A model generated the notes under the pieces. That model ran no database searches. It was not told the DNA's origin and saw only the letters and a list, made by a program, of their open reading frames with translations. Both the position numbers and the translations under genes were made by a program. A stretch of 62,916 nt of DNA, the filler included, from Malassezia furfur (lineage: Eukaryota): the NCBI GenBank assembly GCA_052055015.1. It is 38 parts of 38 records of this genome, joined end to end, with 100 filler letters (N's around TTAATTAATTAA, not from the genome) between each part and the next. Parts side by side here need not be neighbours in the genome. Positions count along the whole stretch, not along the records: positions 22,172 to 23,747 come from JBQJIT010001110.1; positions 23,848 to 25,419 come from JBQJIT010001111.1; positions 25,520 to 27,083 come from JBQJIT010001112.1; positions 27,184 to 28,746 come from JBQJIT010001113.1; positions 28,847 to 30,404 come from JBQJIT010001115.1; positions 30,505 to 32,062 come from JBQJIT010001116.1; positions 32,163 to 33,714 come from JBQJIT010001117.1; 31 more parts are not named here. One strand, written 5' to 3'. Positions 22,172-33,814 of the stretch are shown one piece after another; position 1 is the stretch's first letter; each line of letters begins with the position of its first letter.

Positions 22172-23725
22172 TGTGGTACGCCGAGGCCATCAGCCGGAGC
22201 TCGCGGCGCAGCTGATCGCGCTCGCGTTCGACGGCGCGGAGCGCTGCGTCCGAGGCCGGCGCCTCGTCGTGCGCCGCGGCGCGCGGCTGACTCGCCTCGT
22301 CCCAGCACGCGAACAGGCGCTGCATCACGACGTCGTCCAGCCGAAACGACTCGGTGAGCAGGTCGAGCACCGAGCGGAACTCTTTCGGCGTGGAGCGCCC
22401 CGAGGCCGACTTGCCCTCCTTCTTGTCCGCGGGGTACTTTTTCGCGAGCTTGCGCAGGAGCGACCTGGGTGAGCGGGGTCCACGTACTGTGCCTCTTTTT
22501 CCTTGGAGCGTGCATTGTTGCGCATCGCGGTGAGGTCGGCGTGCACGGCCGCGAGCTGCGACTGGCGCTGCTCGGGCGAGACGGCGCCGTGCGCAGGAAG
22601 AGGGGTGCTCAGCTGCGTCTGCGCAAGCTGCTTTTGAAGCTGCGACACTTCGGTGCGCAGCGACGCAATGGTATCGGTCGCGCGCGACGTGTCGCTTGGG
22701 GCCGTGTCCGGCGCGTCCGGCGCGTCGGACGGCGCCGCGGAGCGTGCCGCGAGCGCCGCATGGGCCTGCTGCAGCTCGGCGTGCTCTTCTTGCAGCGCCG
22801 CCAGCTGCCGCTCGAGCAGCAGCGTCGACGCGGCGGCGCTGGGCGCGGTGTCGGTCGTCGTGCCGGCGCCCTTGGTCTGTGCCCGTTCCGCGCGCAGCGT
22901 CTGCAGTTCGCGCCGGAGTGCGCCCATCTCGTCGAGGCGCTCGCGGTACTTGACGAGCTGTGCCTCGTGCCGCCGGCTGAGCTCCACGAGCGGGCGCCAC
23001 TCGTCGAGTTGGTCGCGCAGCGCGATCCGCTCGCGCTCGCGCTCGCGCAGCGTCGGCAGCTCGGCGGCCATTTCGCCGTGCTCGTCCACGACGCGCTGGA
23101 GGTGCGCCTCGACACTCGCGAGCTGGTCCTGGTACAGTGTCGCGCGCTCCGTCTGCTTGGCGAGCTCGCGGCGCAGTGCATCGACCTCGTGTGCGTCGGC
23201 GACGAGCGACGTATCGGCGTCCGGCGCCGGCGCCGAGTCGTGTGCGTCGCCGGCGGCGAGCACGCGCTCGATGACGCGCATGAGCACCATCTGGTCGTTG
23301 TACGGGAGCGTCTGCATCGCGTGGATCTGCGCATCGTTGGCCTCGCTCTTGGCGATCACGCCGAGCACCATGCGGAGGAGCGAGGCGAGTTGGGCGTCCG
23401 CAAGGTCGTCTGCGTCAAGGTTGTCCAAGGGCGGTATGGCGTCGTCCCAGTTGAGGACATCCTCGTAGCTGGGTGTTAGGGCATGCTACGCACTAGTGCA
23501 CAAGCTGGCGGTACACCTGGTCAAGGGTCGGCTTCTTGGGCGTGCGAAAGTGCGCCGCGTCGCTGGGTGAGAGCGGGCGACGTACATGCTTGCCAGGACG
23601 GTGAGGAGCGCGCGTGCGTCGGTGAGGATCGCGCGGTCGGCGTCCTGGTCGGCGCGGTCGGTGAGTGTGCCCACGTAGCGCGCGATGGCCGCGAGCTGCG
23701 CCGCGTCGGTCGGCTCGTCGGGCAT
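22172..23725 (-). CDS. HOK1: Hook-family microtubule/dynein adaptor (Hok1-like), 3 introns, 3' partial
   Basis: N-terminal Hook domain (LTDARALLTVLASID..LVHYYEDVL..LLRMVLG..IHAMQTL..QMVLMRVI), long coiled coil, RELRLMASAYH. Confidence 0.8.
22465..22487 (-). other. Spliceosomal intron, 23 nt
   Basis: GTACGTGGACCCCGCTCACCCAG; links two ORF frames (KEAQ|SLLRKL). Confidence 0.9.
23469..23493 (-). other. Spliceosomal intron, 25 nt
   Basis: GTGCGTAGCATGCCCTAACACCCAG; removes a stop, giving LVHYYEDVL. Confidence 0.88.
23563..23585 (-). other. Spliceosomal intron, 23 nt
   Basis: GTACGTCGCCCGCTCTCACCCAG; gives VLASIDAAHF. Confidence 0.88.
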
Positions 23726-23847
23726 GGACGTGCGCGGGGGGGTGCGGNNNNNNNNNNNNNNNNNNNNNNNNNNNNNNNNNNNNNNNNNNNNTTAATTAAT
23801 TAANNNNNNNNNNNNNNNNNNNNNNNNNNNNNNNNNNNNNNNNNNNN

Positions 23848-25419
23848 CGGCGGGTCGCGGGCCTCGCGGGGCGGCGTCGATGTACACGTCGCGCGCCCCG
23901 TCTGCGTGGCGCTGCGCGGCCGGCACGGTCGCCAAGAGGAGCGTGCAGTGCGCAGGGACCCACACCGCGCCGTGCTCGACGACGAGCGCGGCATCGCACC
24001 CCGCCGCGGCCGCCGCGTCGGGCCACGCGTGTGTGAGGCGCGCACGCCACGCGTCGGCGGCGCGCAGCAGGCCGAGGGCGTGCGCCGTGGCGTGCGACGG
24101 GACGTGGGCCTCGTCGTCGGAGGCCTCCGAGGCCTCGGACGCCTCGGACTCGGCGTCGCTCGCGGCGCTGTGCACGCTCGGCGTGCTGGGCGCGCGCTCG
24201 ACGGTGCCGAGGTGCGGCAGGAGGGCACGCAGCTCTGCGCCGAGGCCCGCGCCGCGCACGGCGATCGCGCGCAGGCGCACGGGCGCCGCGAGGGCCGCGA
24301 AGCTGCCCGTCTCGTTCGTAAAGACGCGCACGGCGCGCTGCAGGTAGGGCACGGGCGCAAACTTGTGCGCGCGCGCGGCGCGGCCCTTGGTCTCGGTGCG
24401 CGGCGGCCGCGCATACACGTGGCCGGACGCGGTGCACAGCACGAGCGCGCCGTCCGGCCCGAGGCTCACGTCGCGCACGGCGGCAAACTTGCGGCGCACG
24501 GACCAGACGAGCTGCGGGCGCGGCGGCACCGGCTTGGCGCCGCTGCCCGCGGGGTGCTCGAGCGCGAACGTAAACACGTCGCCCGCGTGCGAGCGCGCGG
24601 CAAACGTCGTGCCGCAGCACGTGAGGTGGGCGATCGTCGGCTTCGGGTGCGTGTGGCGCGGGCGGAACACGGCATGGTCCGACAGCGGGCGCGGCACCGG
24701 GAAGGCGATGCGGAAGTGCGTGTCGCCATGCAACACGACGACGTCCCACGACGCGAGCAGGCACGCGGTCGCAAACTCGCTCGCGGCGACCTGCGCCACC
24801 GGCTGGCTGATGGCGGTGACGCGCCGCGGCTGCACCTGCACGGGCGCCGCGTGGCGGTCGTAGCCGAGCTGCCCGGTGTTGGTGCCCCACGTGTAGACGC
24901 CGTCGGCGGTGTACACGGCGGTGTGCAGCCGGCTCGCCGCCGCACCGAGCACCAGCTCGCGCTTGAGCACGCCGAGCACGCGCCGCGGCGTCACCTGCAC
25001 GTCGAGCTCCGTGTGCCGCGCGCCGATGCTCGCGCCGGGCGCCGGCGCCTTGCTGGCGCGCACGGTGCCGGACGAGGACGCGACGGTGCCGAGGCCCTCC
25101 TCCACGGTGTACCCGAGCTGCGCCATGCGGTTCGCGCCGTACGTATACACGCCGCCGCCGCGCGTCACCAGCACCGTGTGGTCGGGGCCGACGGCGACCG
25201 CCACCGCGTGCTCGTGCCAGTCGGGCAGCGCGTGCAGCGTCGGCTGCGCGCTCGGCAGGCGCCCGAGGCGCCCGTGCGTGCCGATGCCGCACACGTACAC
25301 GTTGGCGCCGTCCTGCGCACTCAGCACCACCGTGTGCCAGCGCGACATGCCCACGTCGCGCACACGCACGCGGTCAAAGCACGCGCCGGGCACGTCGCTC
25401 GGCGCCGCACGCGGCGCAG
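23848..25419 (-). CDS. RCC1-repeat + BTB protein (Btb1/IBTK-like), internal part
   Basis: VYVCGIGTHGRLG, VYTYGANRMAQLG, VYTWGTNTGQLG repeats; start of BTB (VPAHCTLL). Confidence 0.82.
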
Positions 25420-25519
25420 NNNNNNNNNNNNNNNNNNNNNNNNNNNNNNNNNNNNNNNNNNNNTTAATTAATTAANNNNNNNNNNNNNNNNNNNNNNNNN
25501 NNNNNNNNNNNNNNNNNNN

Positions 25520-27083
25520 TGCCGCTCCAGACGTGCGTGCCGAACTGCGGCAGCTCGCGCAGGAGCGTCGCGAGGGCGTCGGCGTCCGCGCGCAGCTGTG
25601 CCGCGACGCGCTGGTGCACGGGCCGCAGGCGGACGACGGTGTGCATGAAGCGCGTCACGACGATCGCCACCGCCTTGTCGCACCAGCTGCGCACCACGCG
25701 CTTGTTCTCGACCTCGTGGCGCACCACGACGCCGACGTGCTCGAGCGCCGCGGCGAGCGTGTCCATGTACGCGGAGCGCTCGACGGTGTGCTCGGCGTGC
25801 GCCCAGGGCACCTCGGGGCGCAGCATCTGCTGGAACGCGGCGTCCGTCGCGTGGTACAGGGCGCGGCACAGGTGCTGCAGCGCGCCGGCCACCGCCGCGT
25901 AGAACGCCTGGCGCTCGCCGTCGAGCGACACGGGGTGGGCCTCGGCGTCGCGCACCTTTTCGTTGAGCTTCTGCTCGAGCTGCGTGCAGGTCGTCGCGCA
26001 GTAGTCGGCCGTGTTCAGCGCGAGGCACACGGCGCGGACGTGGGCGTCGGCGTCCGTGTGGCGCTGCGCGAGCGCCGGCTGGAGGACGTCGGCGACGTAG
26101 CGGCGCAGCCAGCGCGCGAACAGCGCGGCGAGCTCGCGGAACGGCGCGTGCTCGCCGAGCTGCGCGCACCGCTCGAGCGTCTGCCGGTAGAACCAGAAGA
26201 GCTCGGTGGAGGAGAGGAGCACCTTCATGGGCTCCTCGGCGTGGTGCGCCACCTGGGCCTCGAAGCTGCCCGCCGGCGCCTGCCCCGCGGCCTGCTGCCC
26301 GAACTGCGCAAAGAGCTCGGCGAGGCGCCGCTCCTGCGCGTCCACAAACACGTGCAGGTACGGCGTGAACGCCGCGGCGATCGTCCGCGGCTGCCCCGCA
26401 GCGGCCGCCGTGCGGTGCGCCGCGACGACCTCGGCGAAGGGCCGCGCGTACTGCCGCGCGACCTGCGCCTCGAACTCGTTCGTGGCGTTCAGTGCGCCGA
26501 GCAGCAGGTCGGCGTCGAGGCGCGGCTGCTGCCGCACCAGCACGCTCTTGAGGTCGTCGCGTGTGATCTCGGCAAAGAGCGACAGGAGGCGCTGGTCGAC
26601 GTGCCACGCGGGGAGGAACGCGGCGCTGTGCTCGTCCGCGTACGTGCGGAGCACGCGGCGGATCCACGCATAGCGCCGCGCGACGTTGTCGAGCTGCCCC
26701 GCCTCGTCCACCGCGCGGAACACGCGGCGGTACTCGCGGAGTTGGCGCGCGCAGTACCAGTCGATCAGCGCGGTGCGGGTCTCGTCGCCGAGCGCGTCGA
26801 TCGCGCGCGCGGCCTCGGGGAGCGGCGAGTCGCTGGCGTCCCAGTGGGGCCGCGCGCTCTGGAAGGCGTGCTCGTACGCCTGCATCGCCTTGTGCCGGAG
26901 GTCGTCGCGCAGCTCGTCGACGCGCCGCCGCTGCTGCGCCACGAGCTCGACTGCGCTGTACGGCGCAAAGTACGCCAGGAGCGCCTGCACCGCCTGGAGC
27001 GTCTGGGCCGCGCCGCCGAACGCCTCGTCGGCGCACAGCTGCTCGAGGTGGAAGGTGGAGTTGACGAGCATCTGGAGGCGCTT
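25520..27083 (-). CDS. VPS53: GARP subunit Vps53, internal part
   Basis: LIDWYCARQLREYRRVF..DEAGQLDNVARRYAW, VLLSSTELFWFY, LNTADYC. Confidence 0.92.
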
Positions 27084-27183
27084 NNNNNNNNNNNNNNNNN
27101 NNNNNNNNNNNNNNNNNNNNNNNNNNNTTAATTAATTAANNNNNNNNNNNNNNNNNNNNNNNNNNNNNNNNNNNNNNNNNNNN

Positions 27184-28746
27184 AGCGCGCCGTGCGCGGC
27201 ACAGGAACCGGCGCGCCGCCGCACCCCTTCTTTGCGAAGCGCCACGGCACGAGCGACGCGCCGCGCGCACGCGCCGACACGCCGCACGTCGCTCCGGCCC
27301 CACCGGCGCCCTGGCCGCGCCGCGAAGAAATGCACGTCGCTCCGCCGGCGCACCGTGCGCGCGCCCAACTCGCGCTGCCAGCGACGTGGCGACGGCGGAA
27401 GTGGCCGCCGGAGCGCGCGCGGTGCCCGTCGCCGCTCCCGTTCACCCACACGCCCGCCGCGGTGCGCACCGTCCCCATAGGCCGCACCGACGACGACGCG
27501 TCGATCGCCTGCGAGGCCGCCCTGTCGGCGACGACGCAGGTGCCCGCGCCGCGCGCACCGCTGGCCTACATTGCACAGGACCTCGCGCACGCCGGACAGG
27601 ACCCTGCGCATTTTCCGCCGGCCGTGCGCGCCGTGTTCGACCAGGTGCAGGCGCAGCCGGCCCAGTCGCTCGCGGACGCGCGCCCCGCCGAGGCGCCGCC
27701 CGCACTGTGGGTCGACCGCTGGCGGCCGACGTGTGCGGCGCATGTCCTCGGCAACGAGGCCGCGGCCGCCTACCTGCGCGACTGGCTGCACACGCTGCGT
27801 GTGTCGTATGCCGACGACGCAACGCGCAAGCGCCGCGTGCAGACGCGCGTGGCCCAACGCAAGCGCGGGCGGCCGCGCACACGCACGCCCTCGGACGACG
27901 ACGAGTTCGACTCGGAAGAGGAGGCGTGGCTCGACCAGTTCCGGCCACCCGGCACCGCCGCACCGCGCGCGCCGCGCGCCGCTCCGCCGCCGACCAACTG
28001 CCTGCTAGTCGCCGGGCCGACGGGCAGCGGCAAGTCGGCGGCGGTGCATGCGTGCGCACAGGAAGCGGGCTTCACCGTGTTTGAGCTGTACGCTGGCGTC
28101 GGGCGGCGCTCGGGCAAGGACCTCGTGAGCGCCGTCGGGCAGCTCTCGCGCAACCACATGGTCGCGGGCGACGCGGCAGACGACGCGCCGCGACAGTCGC
28201 TCATCCTGCTGGACGACGTCGATGTGCTGTTTGACGATGACGCGGGCTTCTGGGCCGCGGTCGTGGAGCTCGTGCGCGACTCGCACCGCCCCGTCGTGCT
28301 GACGTGCACCGACGTGGGCCGTGTGCCGGTGGCCGAGCTGCCGATCCAGACGACGCTCACGCTGGCCGCGCCGCCGCTCGACGTCGGTGCTACCTACTTG
28401 CAGCTCGTGGCGCTCGCTGAGGGCTATATTGTGTCGCAGGCGTCGATGCGCGCGCTGTATGCACAGACGTGTGCGGCGCCGCACGCGTTCGGCGGCAGTG
28501 GGCCGGTGCATCCGGGGTGCGACGCGTATGCGGCGGGGCGGACGGACGCGAACGGCGCGCCGGCGTACGACCTGCGCGCAGCGCTCATGCAGCTGCAGTG
28601 GGTGTGTTTGTATACGCGTGCGCGCGCCCTGCGGGCCGCCAATGAAGCCGAGGCACGAGCTGGCGGAGGGCCGCAGGCCGTCGGTGCGGCGGAGGCGCAG
28701 GCGGGTCAGACTGGCGCGGCAGAGGCGCAGGCGGGTCAGACTGGCG
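27184..28746 (+). CDS. ELG1: RFC-like AAA+ PCNA unloader Elg1/ATAD5, internal part
   Basis: LWVDRWRP..VLGNE, GPTGSGKS, FELYAGVGRRSG, QSLILLDDVDVLFDDDAGFW. Confidence 0.85.
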
Positions 28747-28846
28747 NNNNNNNNNNNNNNNNNNNNNNNNNNNNNNNNNNNNNNNNNNNNTTAATTAATT
28801 AANNNNNNNNNNNNNNNNNNNNNNNNNNNNNNNNNNNNNNNNNNNN

Positions 28847-29179
28847 CACGGTGTGCTGCGCGCCCGCCAGCTGCCCACGCGCGCTCGCGCCGCACGCGTA
28901 CAGCGCGTCGCGGGTACCGAACCACGACGTGTGCGCGCCGGCCGCGAGGAGCGTCGCGCGCCCAGGCAGGGTGTGCTGCGTCCAGGTCTGTGCGTCGGGC
29001 GCCGTGCCGAGGGCGCCGCCGGCCGCCTGGCCGGTGGCGAGGACGTGGTCCGCACACGCCACGAGACTGTGGGACACGGACGCGGCGACGGCGTGCGCGC
29101 GCACCGGCGTGCGCTGCAGCGTCCACGCCGCCTCCTTCGCGGCCGGCCAGCGGCCCAGTGTCCACAGCGCGCCACGCAT
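28847..29179 (-). CDS. Degenerate RCC1-like repeat protein, N-terminus
   Basis: AASVSHSLV..VLATG; AAGAHTSWF..LYACGASARGQL. Confidence 0.55.
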
Positions 29180-29283
29180 CTGGAAGATGACGTAAGGCCA
29201 CGTTTCGGGGGGGGCCTTGGGGGGAGAGGCGCGCGTGGCCGAATTCCCGGCCGGCGGAGATCTCCCTTTCTTCTCCCAACAGC

Positions 29284-30132
29284 ATGTCCTTGTACGCCGC
29301 GGTGAAGGCCTGCGTGCCTGAATCAGTGCAGCGCTTTACGCGCCCGATGCAGTCGTGGCAGCCGGGCGTGACGCCGCTGTCGACGTGGCCTGTCGTGCTC
29401 GGCATGAGTGTGCTGTATCTCACGGTCGTGCTCGGCGGCCAGGAGCTGATGCGCAACCGCAACCCTGTGCCGAACAAGTACCTCAAGATTCCCTTTTTGG
29501 TGCACAATGTGCTGCTGTCGCTCGGCAGTGGTCTGCTGCTTGCGCTCATGCTCGAGGACGTGCTGCCGTTCATGTGGGCCCACGGCCCGCACGACAGTAT
29601 CTGCCTGCTGGAGGTGACGACGGAGCGCATGCAGCTGTTCTACATTATCAACTACTACTTCAAGTACTGGGAGCTGCTGGACACCGTGTTCCTCGTGCTC
29701 AAGAAGAAGAAGCTGCTGTTCCTGCACGTCTACCACCACATGGCGACCGCCGCGCTGTGCTACACGCAGATTGTCGGCAAGACGCCCATGGCGTGGTCGA
29801 TCATCTCGCTGAACCTCGCGGTGCACGTCGTGATGTACGCGTACTACGCGCTGACGTCAATCGGCATCCGCTGCCCGTGGAAGAAGTTTATCACCATCTT
29901 CCAGATTACGCAGTTTGTGCTCGACTTGTACATCTGCTACTGGGGCACGTGGAACCACTACGTGTACCTCTACTTCCCCTCGCTGCCCTACTACCGCTAC
30001 TGCTACGGCGAGACGTTTGCCGCCTGGACCGGAATCGGCATCCTGTCCAGCTACCTGCTGCTGTTCATTGGCTTCTTCAAGACGACCTACAAGAAGCCCA
30101 AGGCGGCCGCGCCCGCCAAGAAGACCAACTGA
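29284..30132 (+). CDS. Very-long-chain fatty acid elongase (ELO/GNS1/SUR4), complete, intronless
   Basis: NYYFKYWELLDTVFLVLKKK..FLHVYHH, NLAVHVVMYAYY, TIFQITQF; C-terminal KKTN ER-retrieval motif. Confidence 0.96.
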   Translation: MSLYAAVKACVPESVQRFTRPMQSWQPGVTPLSTWPVVLGMSVLYLTVVLGGQELMRNRNPVPNKYLKIPFLVHNVLLSLGSGLLLALMLEDVLPFMWAHGPHDSICLLEVTTERMQLFYIINYYFKYWELLDTVFLVLKKKKLLFLHVYHHMATAALCYTQIVGKTPMAWSIISLNLAVHVVMYAYYALTSIGIRCPWKKFITIFQITQFVLDLYICYWGTWNHYVYLYFPSLPYYRYCYGETFAAWTGIGILSSYLLLFIGFFKTTYKKPKAAAPAKKTN

Positions 30133-30504
30133 GCGCCGTCCGCGCAGCGCGTGCCAGGCGTGCCGCCGCGCGTGTCAAGGAGAGGCATGTGACCAATCAC
30201 GGCGCGCGACGCCGTCTGCGCAGTGCATATTTCCCCTTCGCGTCGATCGCTGCGCGAAAAAAGGGGACGGCGTCCGCCCCCTGTCCGCCCGGGTGGGGGC
30301 GGCGGCCGCGGTGCATAGAGCCATAGAACCGATGGGGCGCGTGCGATGGGATCCGAGTGGAGGCGTCGTGGCCGCGCGGCGGGCGTCGCGCCGTGGACGC
30401 CGCGNNNNNNNNNNNNNNNNNNNNNNNNNNNNNNNNNNNNNNNNNNNNTTAATTAATTAANNNNNNNNNNNNNNNNNNNNNNNNNNNNNNNNNNNNNNNN
30501 NNNN

Positions 30505-31670
30505 ACCACGGCACGACGGCGCGCGGCGAGGTCGGCGTGCTGCTGCTCGCCGGCGGGCAGGGCACGCGCCTCGGCTCGTCGGCGCCCAAGGGGTGCTACG
30601 ACATCCACCTGCCGAGCGGCAAGAGCCTGTTCCAGCTGCAGGCGGAGCGCGTCGCGAAGCTGCAGGAGCTTGCGTCGAAGGACGGCGCGCGCGCCGTCGT
30701 GCCGTGGTACATCATGACCTCGGGCCCGACGCGTGCGCCGACCGAGGCCTTCTTCCGCGAGCACGCCTTCTTTGGCCTGGACCCCGCGAACGTCGTCTTC
30801 TTTGAGCAGGGCACGCTGCCGTGCGTCGGAAACGACGGCAAGATCCTGCTCGACACGCCGTCGCGCGTCGCGACGGCGCCGGACGGCAACGGCGGCATCT
30901 ATGCGGCGCTGCGTGCGCCGCGCGGCGCGGGCGACGCGAGCGTGCTCGAGGACATGGCGCGCCGCGGCGTCAAGTACGTGCACGCGTACGGCGTGGACAA
31001 CTGCCTCGTCAAGGTCGGCGACCCCGTGTTTGTCGGCGTGTGCCTCGCGAAGCAGGTGCCGCTCGGCGTGAAGGTCGTGCAGAAGACCGACCCGAACGAG
31101 TCCGTGGGCGTCGTGGCGCAGAAGAACGGCGCGTTCAGTGTCGTGGAGTACTCCGAGATCCCGCCGGCGCTCAGCGAGGCGCGCGACGCGCACGGCGACC
31201 TGCTGCTGCGCGCGGCGAACATCGCGAACCACTTCTACACGGTCGACTTCCTCGCGCGCGAGGTGCCCGCGTTCGAGGCGCGCATGGCGTACCACGTCGC
31301 GCGCAAGAAGATTCCGGCCGTCGACCTCGCCGACGGCGCGCGCAAGAAGCCCGACACGCCGAACGGCATCAAGCTCGAGCTGTTCATTTTCGACGTGTTC
31401 CCCTTCTGCCCCCGCCTCGCGATCCACGAGGTGGCGCGTGCTGAAGAGTTCAGCCCGCTCAAGAACGCCAGCGGCACCGCGTCGGACAACCCCGAGACGT
31501 CGCGCCGCGACCTGCTCGCGCAGCAGCGCCGCTGGCTCACCGCCGCCGGGGCGCACGTGGCCGACGGCGTGGACGTCGAGCTGTCGCCGCGCGTGACGTA
31601 CGCGGGCGAGGGCCTCGAGGCGGTCCGTGGGCGCACGTTTGACCAGACGCAGAACGTCGAGGCGCTGTAG
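30505..31670 (+). CDS. UAP1: UDP-N-acetylglucosamine pyrophosphorylase, 5' partial
   Basis: LLAGGQGTRLGSSAPKG, APDGNGG, GVDNCL, NGIKLELFIFDVF, EFSPLKNA. Confidence 0.96.
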
Positions 31671-31677
31671 ACCGTAG

Positions 31678-32062
31678 CTATGAATCGCGCGCGTCCGCCA
31701 CGCGCGCCTCGAGCGCCGCCCACGCATCGGTCGCCAGCTCGAGCGCCGCGTCGGAGGCGAGCGCCGCGGCATGCGCACGCAGCGCCGCGACGTCGGTGCG
31801 CAGCTGCGCATACACACCCGCGTCCGCCTCGGCGTCCGCACTGGTGTGCAGCGCGGGCGTGCTCCGCTTGAGGCGGCGCAGCGACGCGAGGTTGTGCGTC
31901 ATCGTGTCGATCGCGGCGCCGTACCGCGCGAGCGTCGCGTCCAGCACCGCGCGCGCCCACGCCGCACGCACGGACGCGTCGACGCGGCGCACCTGTGCGT
32001 CGGTGAGCACCGCGTGCAGCGGGCGCAGCACCTCGGCGACGTACGCACTCGGCGCCTCGGCC
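31678..32062 (-). CDS. COG2: COG complex subunit 2, C-terminus (probable)
   Basis: PSAYVAEVLRPL..SLRRLKR..VYAQLRTDV. Confidence 0.65.
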
Positions 32063-32162
32063 NNNNNNNNNNNNNNNNNNNNNNNNNNNNNNNNNNNNNN
32101 NNNNNNTTAATTAATTAANNNNNNNNNNNNNNNNNNNNNNNNNNNNNNNNNNNNNNNNNNNN

Positions 32163-32279
32163 ACGGCGCCCGACGCGCCCGCGTTTGTCGCGGCGACCGC
32201 CGTGTCGCGCCCGGCGGCCGACGCGGCCAACGCCGAGCAGATCGGCGCGGGTGGCGATGCGGATGCAGATCTTTTGTAG
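32163..32279 (+). CDS. Probable C-terminus of an unidentified protein
   Basis: ..APAFVAATAVSRPAADAANAEQIGAGGDADADLL* (TAG 32277-32279). Confidence 0.45.
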   Translation, partial: TAPDAPAFVAATAVSRPAADAANAEQIGAGGDADADLL

Positions 32280-32280
32280 G

Positions 32281-33714
32281 CTATGGCGCGCGGCGCTGGT
32301 AGAAAAGCAGGTACGCGGGGCTCGGTGTGCCCTCGTTGCACAAGTCGCCCGTGAGCACCTCGCCGGCGGGGACGGCGCGCGCACACGTGTCGTCGATGTG
32401 CACCCAGCCCGAGTCGTCCTGGCGCAGCACCGCCGCGGTGTAGTGCCCGCCGGTCGCGAGGCGCCCGTGGTGGTACACCACGCCAAACAGCGAGTACTCC
32501 GGCGGCGGGCCGGCCATGCGCAGCGGCGCACTCATCGTCGCGGGGTCGATCGTGAGGCGGTGGCCGTACGCGATGGGCTTGCAGCTCTTTTGCACGCCGC
32601 CCACCTCGTCGTACACGAAGCGCTTGAGGTGCAGCACGAGCACGGGGGGCAGCATCTCGATGCACAGCTGCTTGGTCGCGTCGACGAGCGCGCCGCGCCC
32701 GGGCGACCACACGCCGCTGATCTCCTCGGGGACGGTCAGGTGGCGCAGCGCGTCCTCCAGCGTGCGCACCGACGCCGGCTGGATATCGAGCGGCAGCGCG
32801 CGGTACGGCTCGAGCACGATGCTCGTCTTCGAGCCGGGCACATGCAGCACGCTGCGCACCTTGCCGTCGAAGATGCGCGAGATGGGCGACGCCGCGTCGC
32901 GCGTGCCGGCGGTGCGCGTGAGCGACGTCTTGCCCTTTTGGCCGACCTCGAGCCACTCGTCCTGCTCGGGGCTCGTGGGGCGCTGCACCTCGCGCGCCTC
33001 GACGTGCTCGTCGGCGTCCGCGACGGGCGGCGGCGCCTGCGGCGCGCTCGGCGTGTGCCGGTGCGCGGCGCCGAGGCGGCGCTGCGCGCGCTGCTGCGCA
33101 AGCAGCACCTCTTCGTGCAGCGTGCTCAGCACTAGACTAAAGAACTCCTCGGCGTCCTCCTGGTGCCCGAGGTGGAAGAGGTCGAAGCGCTTGTGCAGGC
33201 GCATCGCATCGTACACGTAGTCCGGCAGGATCGGGTCGATCTCCATCTCGAGCAGCGGCGTGTGCGCCACGAGCGGGATCTCGGCGTAGAAGCGGAAGCT
33301 GCGTCAGCCGCACACGTACATGGCCTCGAGCAGCGGTGTGGAGTTCGACAGGTCCTGGGGGAGCATCGCGTGCAGCTCCGTGAGAAAGTTGTACAGCGGG
33401 CGGCAGTACACGAGCATTTGCAAGATCTGCGTGAGTCGCGCCACGTACCGCACTCGCAAAGCACGAGTTGCCCTGGTTCACCAGGCCGACGGGCACGGTT
33501 AGCGGCGCCGCAAAGCGCGTGTGCGCCCCGTCGTACAGCTCGTCGAGCGTGCGCGCAGGCCGTGGCGCGCGTGTGGCGCGGGGCGCGCGCGTCGGAGACG
33601 CGGTGTCTGTGCGCACCGACACCGCGGGGCTGTGTGCAAGCACGGCGGCGCGCGCATTGGGCGCGCGCGGCGTGCCAGAGCCCCACGCGCGCGGCTGCCC
33701 CCACGGGGAGGCGG
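32281..33714 (-). CDS. UBP3: Ubiquitin-specific protease Ubp3/USP10, catalytic domain, 2 introns
   Basis: GLVNQGNSCFASA|ILQMLVYC, GHQEDAEEFF, EWLEVGQK, VLHLKRF, YHHG..GGHYTA. Confidence 0.93.
33299..33319 (-). other. Spliceosomal intron, 21 nt (shortest seen)
   Basis: GTACGTGTGCGGCTGACGCAG; carries in-frame TGA; removal gives TPLLEAIFRFYAEI. Confidence 0.9.
33427..33448 (-). other. Spliceosomal intron, 22 nt
   Basis: GTACGTGGCGCGACTCACGCAG; restores Cys box NSCFASAILQ. Confidence 0.94.
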
Positions 33715-33814
33715 NNNNNNNNNNNNNNNNNNNNNNNNNNNNNNNNNNNNNNNNNNNNTTAATTAATTAANNNNNNNNNNNNNNNNNNNNNNNNNNNNNN
33801 NNNNNNNNNNNNNN

